Below, piece by piece: positions 35,166 through 43,612 of a stretch of 64,000 bases of DNA. Made by a program: the position numbers and the translations under genes. This DNA comes from an uncultured Acidobacteriota bacterium (lineage in GTDB: Bacteria > Acidobacteriota > Vicinamibacteria > Fen-336). The stretch spans positions 2,304,001 through 2,368,000 of the forward strand of contig OY970399.1 of assembly GCA_963720545.1 (NCBI GenBank). The letters run 5' to 3'. Within the stretch, counting starts at the first letter, position 1. Every line of letters starts with the position of its first letter. The notes beneath the pieces were generated by a model. It was not told the DNA's origin, made no database searches, and saw only the letters and a program-made list of their open reading frames with translations.

Positions 35166-36029
35166 ATGAAACTACTGTTGCGCAGCGTCAGGTTCGCATC
35201 GCTCGCCGCCGGCCTGCTCCTCGGCCTGGTCGCGGAAAGCCGCGCCCAGGAAACCGCGGCCGCCGCGCCGGACGAGTATCGTCTCGGCGCCGGCGATGTC
35301 CTCGACGTCATCGTGATCGGCAACCAGGACGCCTCACGCGTCGCACCCATCGATCCCGGCGGCACCATCACGCTGCCGCTCGTCGGCGAGGTGCCGGTGG
35401 CCGGTCGCACCCTCGCGGAGGTGCGCCAGGAGGTGACGGCACTGCTCGCGAAGGACTACCTCGTGAACCCGCAGGTTGACGTGCGCATCAAGGAGTACGG
35501 CAGCCGTTTCGCGCTCGTCGTCGGCGAGATGCGCCAGCCGGGCCGGCGCCCACTGCGCGCCAACAGCCGGCTCATCGACGTGCTCATGGAGGCCGGCGGC
35601 TTCACGCCGCAGGCCTCGGGCGATGTGCTCATCACGCGCGTCGATGGCACGTTCCCGGACGGCAGCAAGAGCCTGCGCGTGCGCATCACCGCGCAGAACG
35701 CGACCGCAGCCGACCACGCCGGCGTCGAAACCACGCTGCACGCGGGCGACATCATCGTGGCGGCGCCCAAGGCCTACGTCATCGTCGAAGGCGAAGTCGC
35801 GCGTCCGGGGCGCTTCGTGATCGACGGCAACCTCACGATCACCGGCGGCATCTCCATCGCCGGCGGCCTCACCCGCTACGGCAGCAGCACCGTGAGGATC
35901 CGCCGCACCGATGCCGCGGGCAAGACCGCGATCACGGAGGTCGATCTGAAGGCGATTCGCAAGGGCAAGGCCGAAGACGTGCTGCTGCAGGCGGACGACG
36001 TCGTCAGCGTCAGCCGCCGCCGGTTCTAG
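35166..36029 (+). CDS. wza: Polysaccharide export protein (Poly_export + SLBB)
   Basis: YRLGAGDVL, GTITLPLVG, GEV.RPG, L..DDVV. Confidence 0.88.
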   Translation: MKLLLRSVRFASLAAGLLLGLVAESRAQETAAAAPDEYRLGAGDVLDVIVIGNQDASRVAPIDPGGTITLPLVGEVPVAGRTLAEVRQEVTALLAKDYLVNPQVDVRIKEYGSRFALVVGEMRQPGRRPLRANSRLIDVLMEAGGFTPQASGDVLITRVDGTFPDGSKSLRVRITAQNATAADHAGVETTLHAGDIIVAAPKAYVIVEGEVARPGRFVIDGNLTITGGISIAGGLTRYGSSTVRIRRTDAAGKTAITEVDLKAIRKGKAEDVLLQADDVVSVSRRRF

Positions 36030-36061
36030 GCGCCAGTGGCTTCGCCCATGGGGAGGACGTA

Positions 36062-38185
36062 GTGCCCGCACCGATCACGCTCGCATCGCCGCCAGGTCCG
36101 GCGCTGCCGGGTGCGCACGCCGAAGAGGCGCGCTTCGACCTGCGCTACTACGCGCACCTCCTGTGGCGCGCGCGGCTGCTGCTGGTGGCGGCCGCCCTCC
36201 TGGGCCTCGGGCTGATGACGCTCTACGGCTACCTGCAGACCCCGGTGTACCGCGCCAACGCCATGCTGCAGATCGAGCCGCCGACGCCGATGCTCATGAA
36301 CGTCACCGATTCGCTTCTCGGCAGCGGCTCGTTCTGGCAGAACGCCGACTTCTACAACACGCAGTTCAAGATCCTCAAGTCGCGGGGCCTGGGCGACAAG
36401 GTGGTGGCGGCGCTGAAGCTCGACGCGCAGCCCGAGTTCAAGGGCGCGCGCGATCCGGGCTCCATCTTCATGGGGCACGTCGAGATCGAGCCCATCCCGG
36501 AGAGCCGGCTCGTCAACGTCAGCATCCGCCACACCGACCCGCAAGCCGCGGCCGACTGGGCGAACGCGCTCGCCGACCTGTTCATCCGCGAATCGGTCGC
36601 CAACCGCATGCAGCAGGCGACGCAGGTGATGGACTGGCTCACCGAGCAGGTGAAGCAGACGCAGGCGTCGATGCAGACGGCGCAGACCGAGCTCATCCAG
36701 GGCCTGCAGCGCCGGGACCTCGCGACGACGCCGGGCGCGCAGTCGACGATGGACGCGTCGATCGAAAGGCTGCAGACCGAGTACCTGGAGGCCAAGACGC
36801 GGCGCATCACCATCGAGGCGGCGCTGACGCAGATCCGCGACCTGCGCAGCCGCGACCTCGGACTGCAGTCGGTGCCGCAGGTGGCGGCCGACCAGCAGAC
36901 CGCGGCGCTCGACGCCGAGCTCGCGGGTCTCGAGTCGCAGCTCTCCATCCTGCGCGGGCGCTTTCGCGAGGGCCACCCCGAAGTGCTGAAGGTGACGGCG
37001 CAGATCGCGCAGACCAGGCGCGCCGTCGCCGACCGGGCCAACGCGGTGGCGGCCGGGCTGCAGGCGGAATACACGCAGCTGCAGAAGCGCGAGTCCGAGC
37101 TGCAGGGCGCGATCGGCGGACAGCGTGCCGCCGCCGTCAACCAGTCGCGCGCCACCGCCGAGATGGAGACGCTGCGCAAGCGCACCGACTCCACCAAGAA
37201 CCTCTACGACGTGCTGCTGCAGAAGCTGAACGAGACCAACATCGCCGCCTCGATGCGCAACAGCAACGCCTCGGTGGTGGAGCGCGCCACCGTGCCGGTC
37301 GCGCCGGTGTGGCCCGACAAGCGCCGCATCGCGCTCTTCGGCCTCGGTGCGGGCCTGCTGGCTGGCGTCGGCCTGGTGCTGTTGCGCGATCACCTCGACA
37401 ACACCTTCAAGGATCCGGAGGAAGTCGAGCGCTACCTGCACACCGAACTGCTCGCGGCGATTCCCAGGGCCGGTGATCCGCGCCTGCTGACCGAGGCTTA
37501 CCAGAACCTGCGCACCGCGCTGCTGTTCGCGCGCCGCTCCGAAGAAGGCCAGATCGTGCTGATCACCGGCACGGCGCCGCAGGAAGGCAAGACCACGACG
37601 CTCGTGAACCTCGGCAAGCTGCTGGCGGCGGCGGGAGAGTCGACGATCCTCGTCGACTGCGACCTGCGGCGCGCGCAGGTGCACGATCGCCTGGGGCTGC
37701 CGCGCGAGCCAGGCGTCACCAACTACTTCACCCAGCACCTCGGCATCGACACCCTGGTGCAGTCGGGCGGCGCGCCCGCGCTCGCGGCGCTCACCGCCGG
37801 ACCGCTGCCGCCCAATCCGCCGGCGCTCCTCGCCCGCGGCCAGCTCGACAACCTGTTTGCCGAGCTGCGGCAGCGCTACCGGTGGATCCTCGTCGACTCA
37901 CCGCCGCTCGCCTCCGTGACCGACGCGCTGCTCCTGGCGCGCCGTTCGGACATGGTGGTCGTGATCGTCAAGCACAACGGCATCGACAAACGGCTGGTGC
38001 GCCGCGCCATTGGCGCGCTACGGCGGGTCGGCGCGCCGCTACTCGGCGTGGTACTGAACATGTTGGAACTGCACGTCGGCAACTACTACTACTACTATTA
38101 CAACCGGCAGGAGAGTCCGCCGGGCGCTGTACCGCAGGTCATCAAGCCCCACTTGCGGCGCGTCGCCGCAGGAGACGACCGCTAG
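36062..38185 (+). CDS. wzc: Polysaccharide co-polymerase / BY-kinase
   Basis: Two TM segments flanking a coiled coil; PQEGKTT, DCDLRR, VDSPP; C-terminal YYYYYY cluster. Confidence 0.92.
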   Translation: MPAPITLASPPGPALPGAHAEEARFDLRYYAHLLWRARLLLVAAALLGLGLMTLYGYLQTPVYRANAMLQIEPPTPMLMNVTDSLLGSGSFWQNADFYNTQFKILKSRGLGDKVVAALKLDAQPEFKGARDPGSIFMGHVEIEPIPESRLVNVSIRHTDPQAAADWANALADLFIRESVANRMQQATQVMDWLTEQVKQTQASMQTAQTELIQGLQRRDLATTPGAQSTMDASIERLQTEYLEAKTRRITIEAALTQIRDLRSRDLGLQSVPQVAADQQTAALDAELAGLESQLSILRGRFREGHPEVLKVTAQIAQTRRAVADRANAVAAGLQAEYTQLQKRESELQGAIGGQRAAAVNQSRATAEMETLRKRTDSTKNLYDVLLQKLNETNIAASMRNSNASVVERATVPVAPVWPDKRRIALFGLGAGLLAGVGLVLLRDHLDNTFKDPEEVERYLHTELLAAIPRAGDPRLLTEAYQNLRTALLFARRSEEGQIVLITGTAPQEGKTTTLVNLGKLLAAAGESTILVDCDLRRAQVHDRLGLPREPGVTNYFTQHLGIDTLVQSGGAPALAALTAGPLPPNPPALLARGQLDNLFAELRQRYRWILVDSPPLASVTDALLLARRSDMVVVIVKHNGIDKRLVRRAIGALRRVGAPLLGVVLNMLELHVGNYYYYYYNRQESPPGAVPQVIKPHLRRVAAGDDR

Positions 38186-38206
38186 CAAAGCGCCGGATCG
38201 ACCCCG

Positions 38207-39565
38207 CTACTCCTGGCTCGACGGTGCGCTGGCCTGGACCGGGCTCGGGACTTCCGGGATCGGCACGAAGGGGGAGACGCCAGGAACCGTCGGCGGCTCG
38301 CCGGCAGTCGGAGCCGGCTGCCCGGGAACTGCGACGTGAGTGACCTGCTGTCCCGACGGCGGGTTGGGCTGGGGCGGTGCCACGTCCGCGCAGCTTGCGC
38401 CCATGCTGGCGCGGTTTTCCTTGCGCAGGAAATCAACGGCGTCGACCATCTTGCTGCGCGTGACCGGACCGTCCGGGCCGAGTTCGAGGCCGAGGCCCTT
38501 GAGGGCCGCGACGTACGCGTCCGCGCCGGCCTGCTTGCGCTGCACACGCACAGCTTCGACGGTGGAGTTGGGGCCGAGGCGCACCGCGACCGCGTGTGGG
38601 CCGGCAGTGAAGTCGGATGACAGCACCGGCGTCCATTCGCCCGCAGCGGTGCCGCGCCGCGAGCCGGTGCAGACCACTTGCTTCTTGCAGCCGTCTGCCG
38701 TCCACTGCTGCCCGCCGTTCAGGTTGCCCTTGACGGAGACGGTGTAGAGGCCGGCTTCGGGAACCTGGAACGTGAGCAGGCCTTCGGCGCCTTGCGGGCC
38801 GGAGTCGAAGTTGTCCGTAACGGCCGCCTGCCGCAGCGCCGGCAGGTAGCGTGCGATGGCGCTGCCCGGCAGGTCGAGCGGCACGCCGGCGGGGGCGAGT
38901 TCCGATTCCTTGTCGAGCGCGCGCAGCGTCGTCACCGCCACGTCGTCGGTGGTCGCGACCTTCGCGGTCTGCCAGCCGCCGAGCGGCTCGATGTTGGTGA
39001 CGCACGGCGGCACCACTTCGAAGCGATCGAGCGAAGTGCCGGGCGGCAGCAGCACCGAGGCGAGGTAAGCGCCGCCTGCGAGCTGCACGCGGCCGCCGTC
39101 GACCCAGGCCGCCTGCGCCGCGGGGCGCAGCGTGAACGTAGCGAGCGGCTTGTCGCCCTTGCGATCCGTCACTTCGACGGACGCCGGCTTGTCGGCCGGG
39201 CCGCTGAGGTGTGCGCGAATCTGGTATTCGCCGGGGCGTGCGACGGTGAGCGGATAGCTCGCCTGCCCGACGCCCGCTTCGGCGGCGACCGCGTTCGGCG
39301 GGTCGCCGAGCACGCGCACCGCATCGGCTTTCTCGAACTCGCTGCCCTTGAAAGCCAGGCTCGAGTGCCACGCGAGAGCGCCGAAGGCAACCGACGCCGT
39401 GTCCATTCCCGGGCTTTCGAGGTCGAGGCCACGCAGCATCATGCGCGCCCATTCCGGGTGGCTGACGGCGGACACCCGAGGGTCTCCGTAGAGCGGATAA
39501 AGCAGAGCGAAGCCGACGGTAACCGCAGCCGCGACCGCAATGCCGAGGGAGCTTTTCGACTGCAT
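38207..39565 (-). CDS. Exported/membrane-anchored hypothetical protein with beta-sandwich (CBM-like) segments and a Pro-rich tail
   Basis: Hydrophobic N-terminus; YPLTVARPGEYQI and FQVPEAGLYTVSV repeats; codon usage matches host genes. Confidence 0.7.
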   Translation of the reverse strand: MQSKSSLGIAVAAAVTVGFALLYPLYGDPRVSAVSHPEWARMMLRGLDLESPGMDTASVAFGALAWHSSLAFKGSEFEKADAVRVLGDPPNAVAAEAGVGQASYPLTVARPGEYQIRAHLSGPADKPASVEVTDRKGDKPLATFTLRPAAQAAWVDGGRVQLAGGAYLASVLLPPGTSLDRFEVVPPCVTNIEPLGGWQTAKVATTDDVAVTTLRALDKESELAPAGVPLDLPGSAIARYLPALRQAAVTDNFDSGPQGAEGLLTFQVPEAGLYTVSVKGNLNGGQQWTADGCKKQVVCTGSRRGTAAGEWTPVLSSDFTAGPHAVAVRLGPNSTVEAVRVQRKQAGADAYVAALKGLGLELGPDGPVTRSKMVDAVDFLRKENRASMGASCADVAPPQPNPPSGQQVTHVAVPGQPAPTAGEPPTVPGVSPFVPIPEVPSPVQASAPSSQE

Positions 39566-39590
39566 TACTTGCCTCGTCGGACCTTGGTTT

Positions 39591-39639
39591 TTGACAACTT
39601 GTCCACGGCTAACTTAGCCTCCGAGGCCAGGCATGTCAA
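39591..39639. promoter_or_regulatory. Overlapping divergent sigma70-like promoters
   Basis: Plus strand TTGACA (39591) - 18 - TAGCCT (39615). Minus strand TTGACA (39639-39634) - 17 - TAAGTT (39616-39611). Confidence 0.55.
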
Positions 39640-40691
39640 AGTGTATCCAACACACTCTCATAGACATAGCCCGGGTTCGTCACCTCAAGCGGGTGCCTTC
39701 CGGCATGCCCGGGAACGACCTTTGCCGCGCCGCCGAACGGCAGGGGGTCCTGGCCCTCTTCGGCCCCTCGAAACCACCCGTCTTCGCCGCCGCGATGGTG
39801 CGCGAGGCGGTGCGCACCACCCGGCTCCTCGACCTCGCGCTGCGCCTCCAGGCGCACCTCGAAACACTCGGTGTGCGCTCGCTCACTTTGAAGGGCGCAG
39901 CACTCCACGGCACGGCTTACCCGGATGTCGAGAGCCGTCCGATGGTCGACGCCGACCTGTTGGTGCTCGACGACATCGCGAGCGCCGAGGCGGCGGCGCG
40001 TTCGCTCGGCCTCGTGTTCGTCGAGCGCGCCGATCACGCCGTCGCGTATCGCGAACCCCGAAGTGGCGCGATGGTCGAGCTGCACTGGAGCGTCACCTCG
40101 GCGCCCGGGTTCTTTCCGGTCGACAAGGAATCGCTTTGGCGCGGCCGCCGCCGGCTCGCCACGGGCCTCTTGGCGCCGTCGGCCGCCGACACGCTGGTGC
40201 TGCTCGCGCTGCACGCGGCGTTTCAGCACGGCCTGGTGCTGCGGCTGGTGCAACACGGCGACTTCCACGCCTTGTTGGCGAGTGAGGGGCCCGATCCGCG
40301 GCGCATCGTCGCGCGCGCCGCCGAGTGGCGTGCGGGCCTCGCCGTGGTTGCTGCACTGCAGATCGCCGGCCACTTGCTCGGCACGCCGGACCGAGCGGCA
40401 GCGGTGCTCGCCGAGCTGCGCGATTTCCGGCTGCGCGGGCCGCTCGCGCGCCACGTCGCGAGCGCGGCGGAAACGCCCGAACGCTTTCTCGAGCCGGCCG
40501 AGCCGCGCCTCGCGATGGTGCGCCTCTCACTGGCGCGCGGGCACCGACTCGACCTCGTGCGCCGCACGCTCTGGCCGCTCTCGCCCGACGACGGGAGCGC
40601 GCGCGGCTTCACTCGCGCCGCTTTGGGCGTGCGCCGCGGCGCGCGCCTCGTCGGCCGCCATTTCGCCGGCTGGGCCGGCAGCGCGTCGTGA
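39633..40691 (+). CDS. Nucleotidyltransferase (NTP_transf_5-like)
   Basis: LKGAAL...YP....RPMVDADLLV and VELHW motifs. The real start may be ATG 39705. Confidence 0.82.
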   Translation: MSKCIQHTLIDIARVRHLKRVPSGMPGNDLCRAAERQGVLALFGPSKPPVFAAAMVREAVRTTRLLDLALRLQAHLETLGVRSLTLKGAALHGTAYPDVESRPMVDADLLVLDDIASAEAAARSLGLVFVERADHAVAYREPRSGAMVELHWSVTSAPGFFPVDKESLWRGRRRLATGLLAPSAADTLVLLALHAAFQHGLVLRLVQHGDFHALLASEGPDPRRIVARAAEWRAGLAVVAALQIAGHLLGTPDRAAAVLAELRDFRLRGPLARHVASAAETPERFLEPAEPRLAMVRLSLARGHRLDLVRRTLWPLSPDDGSARGFTRAALGVRRGARLVGRHFAGWAGSAS

Positions 40692-41119
40692 TCGATCACG
40701 ACGGCGCCGCGAGCGCAGCCGTCGCGCGCGAGGCCGTCGCGTTGAACCTCGCGGCCGCGGCCTCGGTGTGCATCCGCGTCAGCGGCCGCTGCATGGAACC
40801 GGCGCTGCTCGCGGGCGAACTGGTGGAGCTGCGGCGCACGCGGCCGCGGGTGGGCGACGTGGTGCTGGCGCAGCTGCCGCAGGGCCTGCGGCTGCATCGC
40901 CTGCTGCTGAAGCTGCCGCTCGGCGCTGGCTGGCGCACCAAGGGCGACCGCTGCGACCCGTGGGACGCGAAGATCTCCGGCCGCGAGGTGATCGCCACGG
41001 TGGTGCGCTCGTGCGCCACCGGCCGTACGCCCCATAGCCGCGGATTGGCTCTGCGTTCGCTCGCGTCTGCGCTACGCTGGCGCCTGCGCGTGCAGCGCAT
41101 CAAGCCGGAGGGACAATGA
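40688..41119 (+). CDS. S24/S26-fold peptidase with Cys in place of the catalytic Ser
   Basis: GTG overlaps the NTase stop; RVSGRCMEP.L..G, GDVV, LHRL, TKGD motifs. Confidence 0.75.
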   Translation: MIDHDGAASAAVAREAVALNLAAAASVCIRVSGRCMEPALLAGELVELRRTRPRVGDVVLAQLPQGLRLHRLLLKLPLGAGWRTKGDRCDPWDAKISGREVIATVVRSCATGRTPHSRGLALRSLASALRWRLRVQRIKPEGQ

Positions 41120-41433
41120 CGCACAACCCGCTGCGCACCATCTACGCGCGCTCCGACCGCATCGTCGGCCGGCGTATCGGCCCGGAGTTCGTGCTGGTGC
41201 CGCTCGTCGGCCACGGCGCCGAGCTCGAGGCGATCTACAACCTCGGCGGCGCGGGCGTCTTCATCTGGGAGCGGATCGACGGCCGCACCGACGGCGACAC
41301 CATCGTCGACGAGATGATCGCGGCGTTCGACGTGCAGCGCCCGGAAGCGGCGGAAGACTACGCGACCTTTACCCGCCACCTCGTCGAGATCGGCGCCCTG
41401 AAGGTGGTTTCGGCGCCGATCCGCCGGAAATGA
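41116..41433 (+). CDS. PqqD-family RiPP recognition element
   Basis: 105 aa; RRIG.E.VLVP, IYNL...G.FIWERIDG, F...L.EIG. Confidence 0.88.
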   Translation: MTHNPLRTIYARSDRIVGRRIGPEFVLVPLVGHGAELEAIYNLGGAGVFIWERIDGRTDGDTIVDEMIAAFDVQRPEAAEDYATFTRHLVEIGALKVVSAPIRRK

Positions 41434-42301
41434 TCGCGCCCACGGCTGCCACCGCCGAGGCGTCCTTGCGAAAGGCGAGCGAGTAGCTCGGCACCGCGCG
41501 CGCGAAGCTCTCTGCGGTGCGCAGCACCGCGAAGAAGGCAGCCGGCTCCCACGGCGGCAGGAACGAAAAGGCCAGCAGCTGGCTGGCGAAGCCCTGCGGC
41601 TCGATGCGCGTGAGCGCGGTGGTGCGCGACTGCTTCAGCACGAACAGTGCCCGCAGCCGCAACGCGCGCGGCGCGGCATGGCGCGCGGTGCCGTGCCACG
41701 GCGTGCCGTACGCCCACCACTGACCGCGCCGCCGGCGGATCACGAGACGATCGTCGCTCAACACGCTGGCGAGCGGAGCATGCCGGCGAAACAGGCGGCT
41801 GATCGTGGACTTGCCCGCCCCCGAATGGCCGGTGAACGCCACCAGGCCGCGGCCGGTGTCGACGCCGCTCGCATGCAGCACCAAGCCGCCGTCGTAGGCG
41901 AAGTGGTGCTGCAGCAGCAGCTCGTCGAGCGGGAACGAAAGCGCGAAGCCGCGGTGAGCGAGGTACTCGCCCGGCGCCAGGTAGAGCGTGCCACGGCGGC
42001 GGCGACGGTCGATGAGGAGGCCGCGTGCCGGCGGGCCCTTGCCCATGGGGCGGCGAAAGACGTAAAGGATCTTCGCGCCGACTTCGTACGCGCGCCAGGT
42101 TCCGCCCGATTCGAAGACCGGTGCTGCGTCTGGCACCGGCACCGGCGCCAGCACCACCTCGAGGTCGATGTCGGCGCCGCTTTTTGCGCCGAACGCTTCG
42201 TAGCCGCGTGGCAGGCGCAGCGCCGGTGCCCTGGTGTCGTAGCGGAGCCTGATGGTCCTGCCGCCGATGCGCAGCCGCAGGCTGTGGGCGCGCCGCCGCA
42301 G
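41369..42301 (-). CDS. HPr-kinase-like P-loop protein (ScmC/HprK-related)
   Basis: VLHASGV, FTGHSGAGKST, LSDDRLVI, YGTPWHG. No ATG is present; the start is CTG 42301 or a GTG inside the rSAM 3' end. Confidence 0.78.
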   Translation of the reverse strand: MRRRAHSLRLRIGGRTIRLRYDTRAPALRLPRGYEAFGAKSGADIDLEVVLAPVPVPDAAPVFESGGTWRAYEVGAKILYVFRRPMGKGPPARGLLIDRRRRRGTLYLAPGEYLAHRGFALSFPLDELLLQHHFAYDGGLVLHASGVDTGRGLVAFTGHSGAGKSTISRLFRRHAPLASVLSDDRLVIRRRRGQWWAYGTPWHGTARHAAPRALRLRALFVLKQSRTTALTRIEPQGFASQLLAFSFLPPWEPAAFFAVLRTAESFARAVPSYSLAFRKDASAVAAVGAIISGGSAPKPPSGRRSRRGGG

Positions 42302-42306
42302 GACGG

Positions 42307-43587
42307 CTAGCTGCGGGCCGCGGCCGCTGCGGCGCGGACCGGGCGCTCGATCTGGATCAGCGCTTGCGCCTGCGGCTGCGCGGGTTCCGAGTGGCTGCAC
42401 GAACCGCAGCCGCCGAGGTGAATCTCGGCATCGGGTCGCGCGGCGAGCACGCCCGCTCCGACGCAGCACGTCGCGTCGCGGCGATGGCCGCTGTCCTTGC
42501 CGAGCGCCGCGAACGCGCGCAGGTGCGTGACCTCGCAGAAGTTGCGCAGCAGCGCCGTCGGGTCGCCGGTGGCAAGCTCGGCCGAACCCGGGCAGTTGCC
42601 GCAGCCGCTGCGCAGCGTGCACGACTGGCATACCGAGTTGTCCTGCCACTGGCGCGAGCGAGCCTGCGGCAGGAACTCGTTCCAGCCGGTGTCGAAGCTG
42701 CCTTGCTTCAGGTCGTAGGAAGCCTTGCGCGCCAGCTGGCACAACTGCAGCTGGCCATAGGGATCGACGGTGAACGACATCTGCCCGGCGCCGCACTCGA
42801 ACACCTGCTCGGCCACGGCGATGCGCACCTCGCCGCCCGCGGCCGCCGCCGCCGGCGCAAAGGCGTTCCAGATCTTCGCGCGGGTCAACTCGTCCGCGAG
42901 GTCCACCGCGAGAATGTCCTCGGCGTTCACCTGCAGCTCGCCGTTGCGGTTGGCGCCGCAGTCGACGCGCGCGTTCAGCAGGCTGTCGTGGCGGAAGCTG
43001 GTGCCGAGGTTCGCGGCGAAAGCGCGCATCGCCTCGATCTCGTGGACGTTCCAGGAGAGCACCATGGTCTTGAGCTTGAGGTTCAGGCCGCGGCGATAGA
43101 GGCGCTCGATGCCGGCTATGCACTTCTCGAACGAGCCCGGCACGCGGGTGACGCGGTCGTAGGTCGCCTTCGTCATCCCGTAGAGCGTGACCTCGATGGC
43201 GGCGGGACGATGCGCGCTGAGGAAGTCGGCGATGTCCTCGGTGACCATGGTCGCGTTGGTGAAGATGCCGACGCGCAGGCCGCGGCCCAGCGCGTGCAGG
43301 TAGATCTGCCTGAAGTCCCTGCGGATCAGGACCTCGCCGCCGGTGAGCAGCAGCTCGAAGGCGCCGGCGTCCGCCACCTCGTCGATCAGCGTCTTCACCC
43401 GTTCCGTCGACAGCTCGCGGCGCATCTCTTCCGCGTCGCCCGCCGGCTTGTTGACGTAGCAGTGGACGCAGTTGAGGTTGCAGCGGAAGGAGGTCTCGAT
43501 GGTTCCGTCCCACGGCAGACGCCGGCCGCTGACGTCGAGGCTGTGGGCGAAATCGGCGATCGAGATTTCGTCGAGTACGGTCGTCAT
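42307..43587 (-). CDS. Radical SAM/SPASM peptide maturase
   Basis: CNLNCVHC, TGGE; SPASM motifs CGAG...DPYG...C and CQSC.....CGNCP...C. Confidence 0.92.
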   Translation of the reverse strand: MTTVLDEISIADFAHSLDVSGRRLPWDGTIETSFRCNLNCVHCYVNKPAGDAEEMRRELSTERVKTLIDEVADAGAFELLLTGGEVLIRRDFRQIYLHALGRGLRVGIFTNATMVTEDIADFLSAHRPAAIEVTLYGMTKATYDRVTRVPGSFEKCIAGIERLYRRGLNLKLKTMVLSWNVHEIEAMRAFAANLGTSFRHDSLLNARVDCGANRNGELQVNAEDILAVDLADELTRAKIWNAFAPAAAAAGGEVRIAVAEQVFECGAGQMSFTVDPYGQLQLCQLARKASYDLKQGSFDTGWNEFLPQARSRQWQDNSVCQSCTLRSGCGNCPGSAELATGDPTALLRNFCEVTHLRAFAALGKDSGHRRDATCCVGAGVLAARPDAEIHLGGCGSCSHSEPAQPQAQALIQIERPVRAAAAAARS

Positions 43588-43612
43588 CCGGGCTTCCCGA
43601 GCCCCGCGCGGG

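Noticed and set aside
38084..38101. (TAC)n trinucleotide repeat as a phase-variation tract
   Set aside because: It encodes the normal Wzc C-terminal tyrosine cluster.
41116..43587. PQQ or mycofactocin biosynthesis
   Set aside because: No pqqB/C or mftD/E genes; the precursor lacks the ExxxY and IDGxCGVY motifs.
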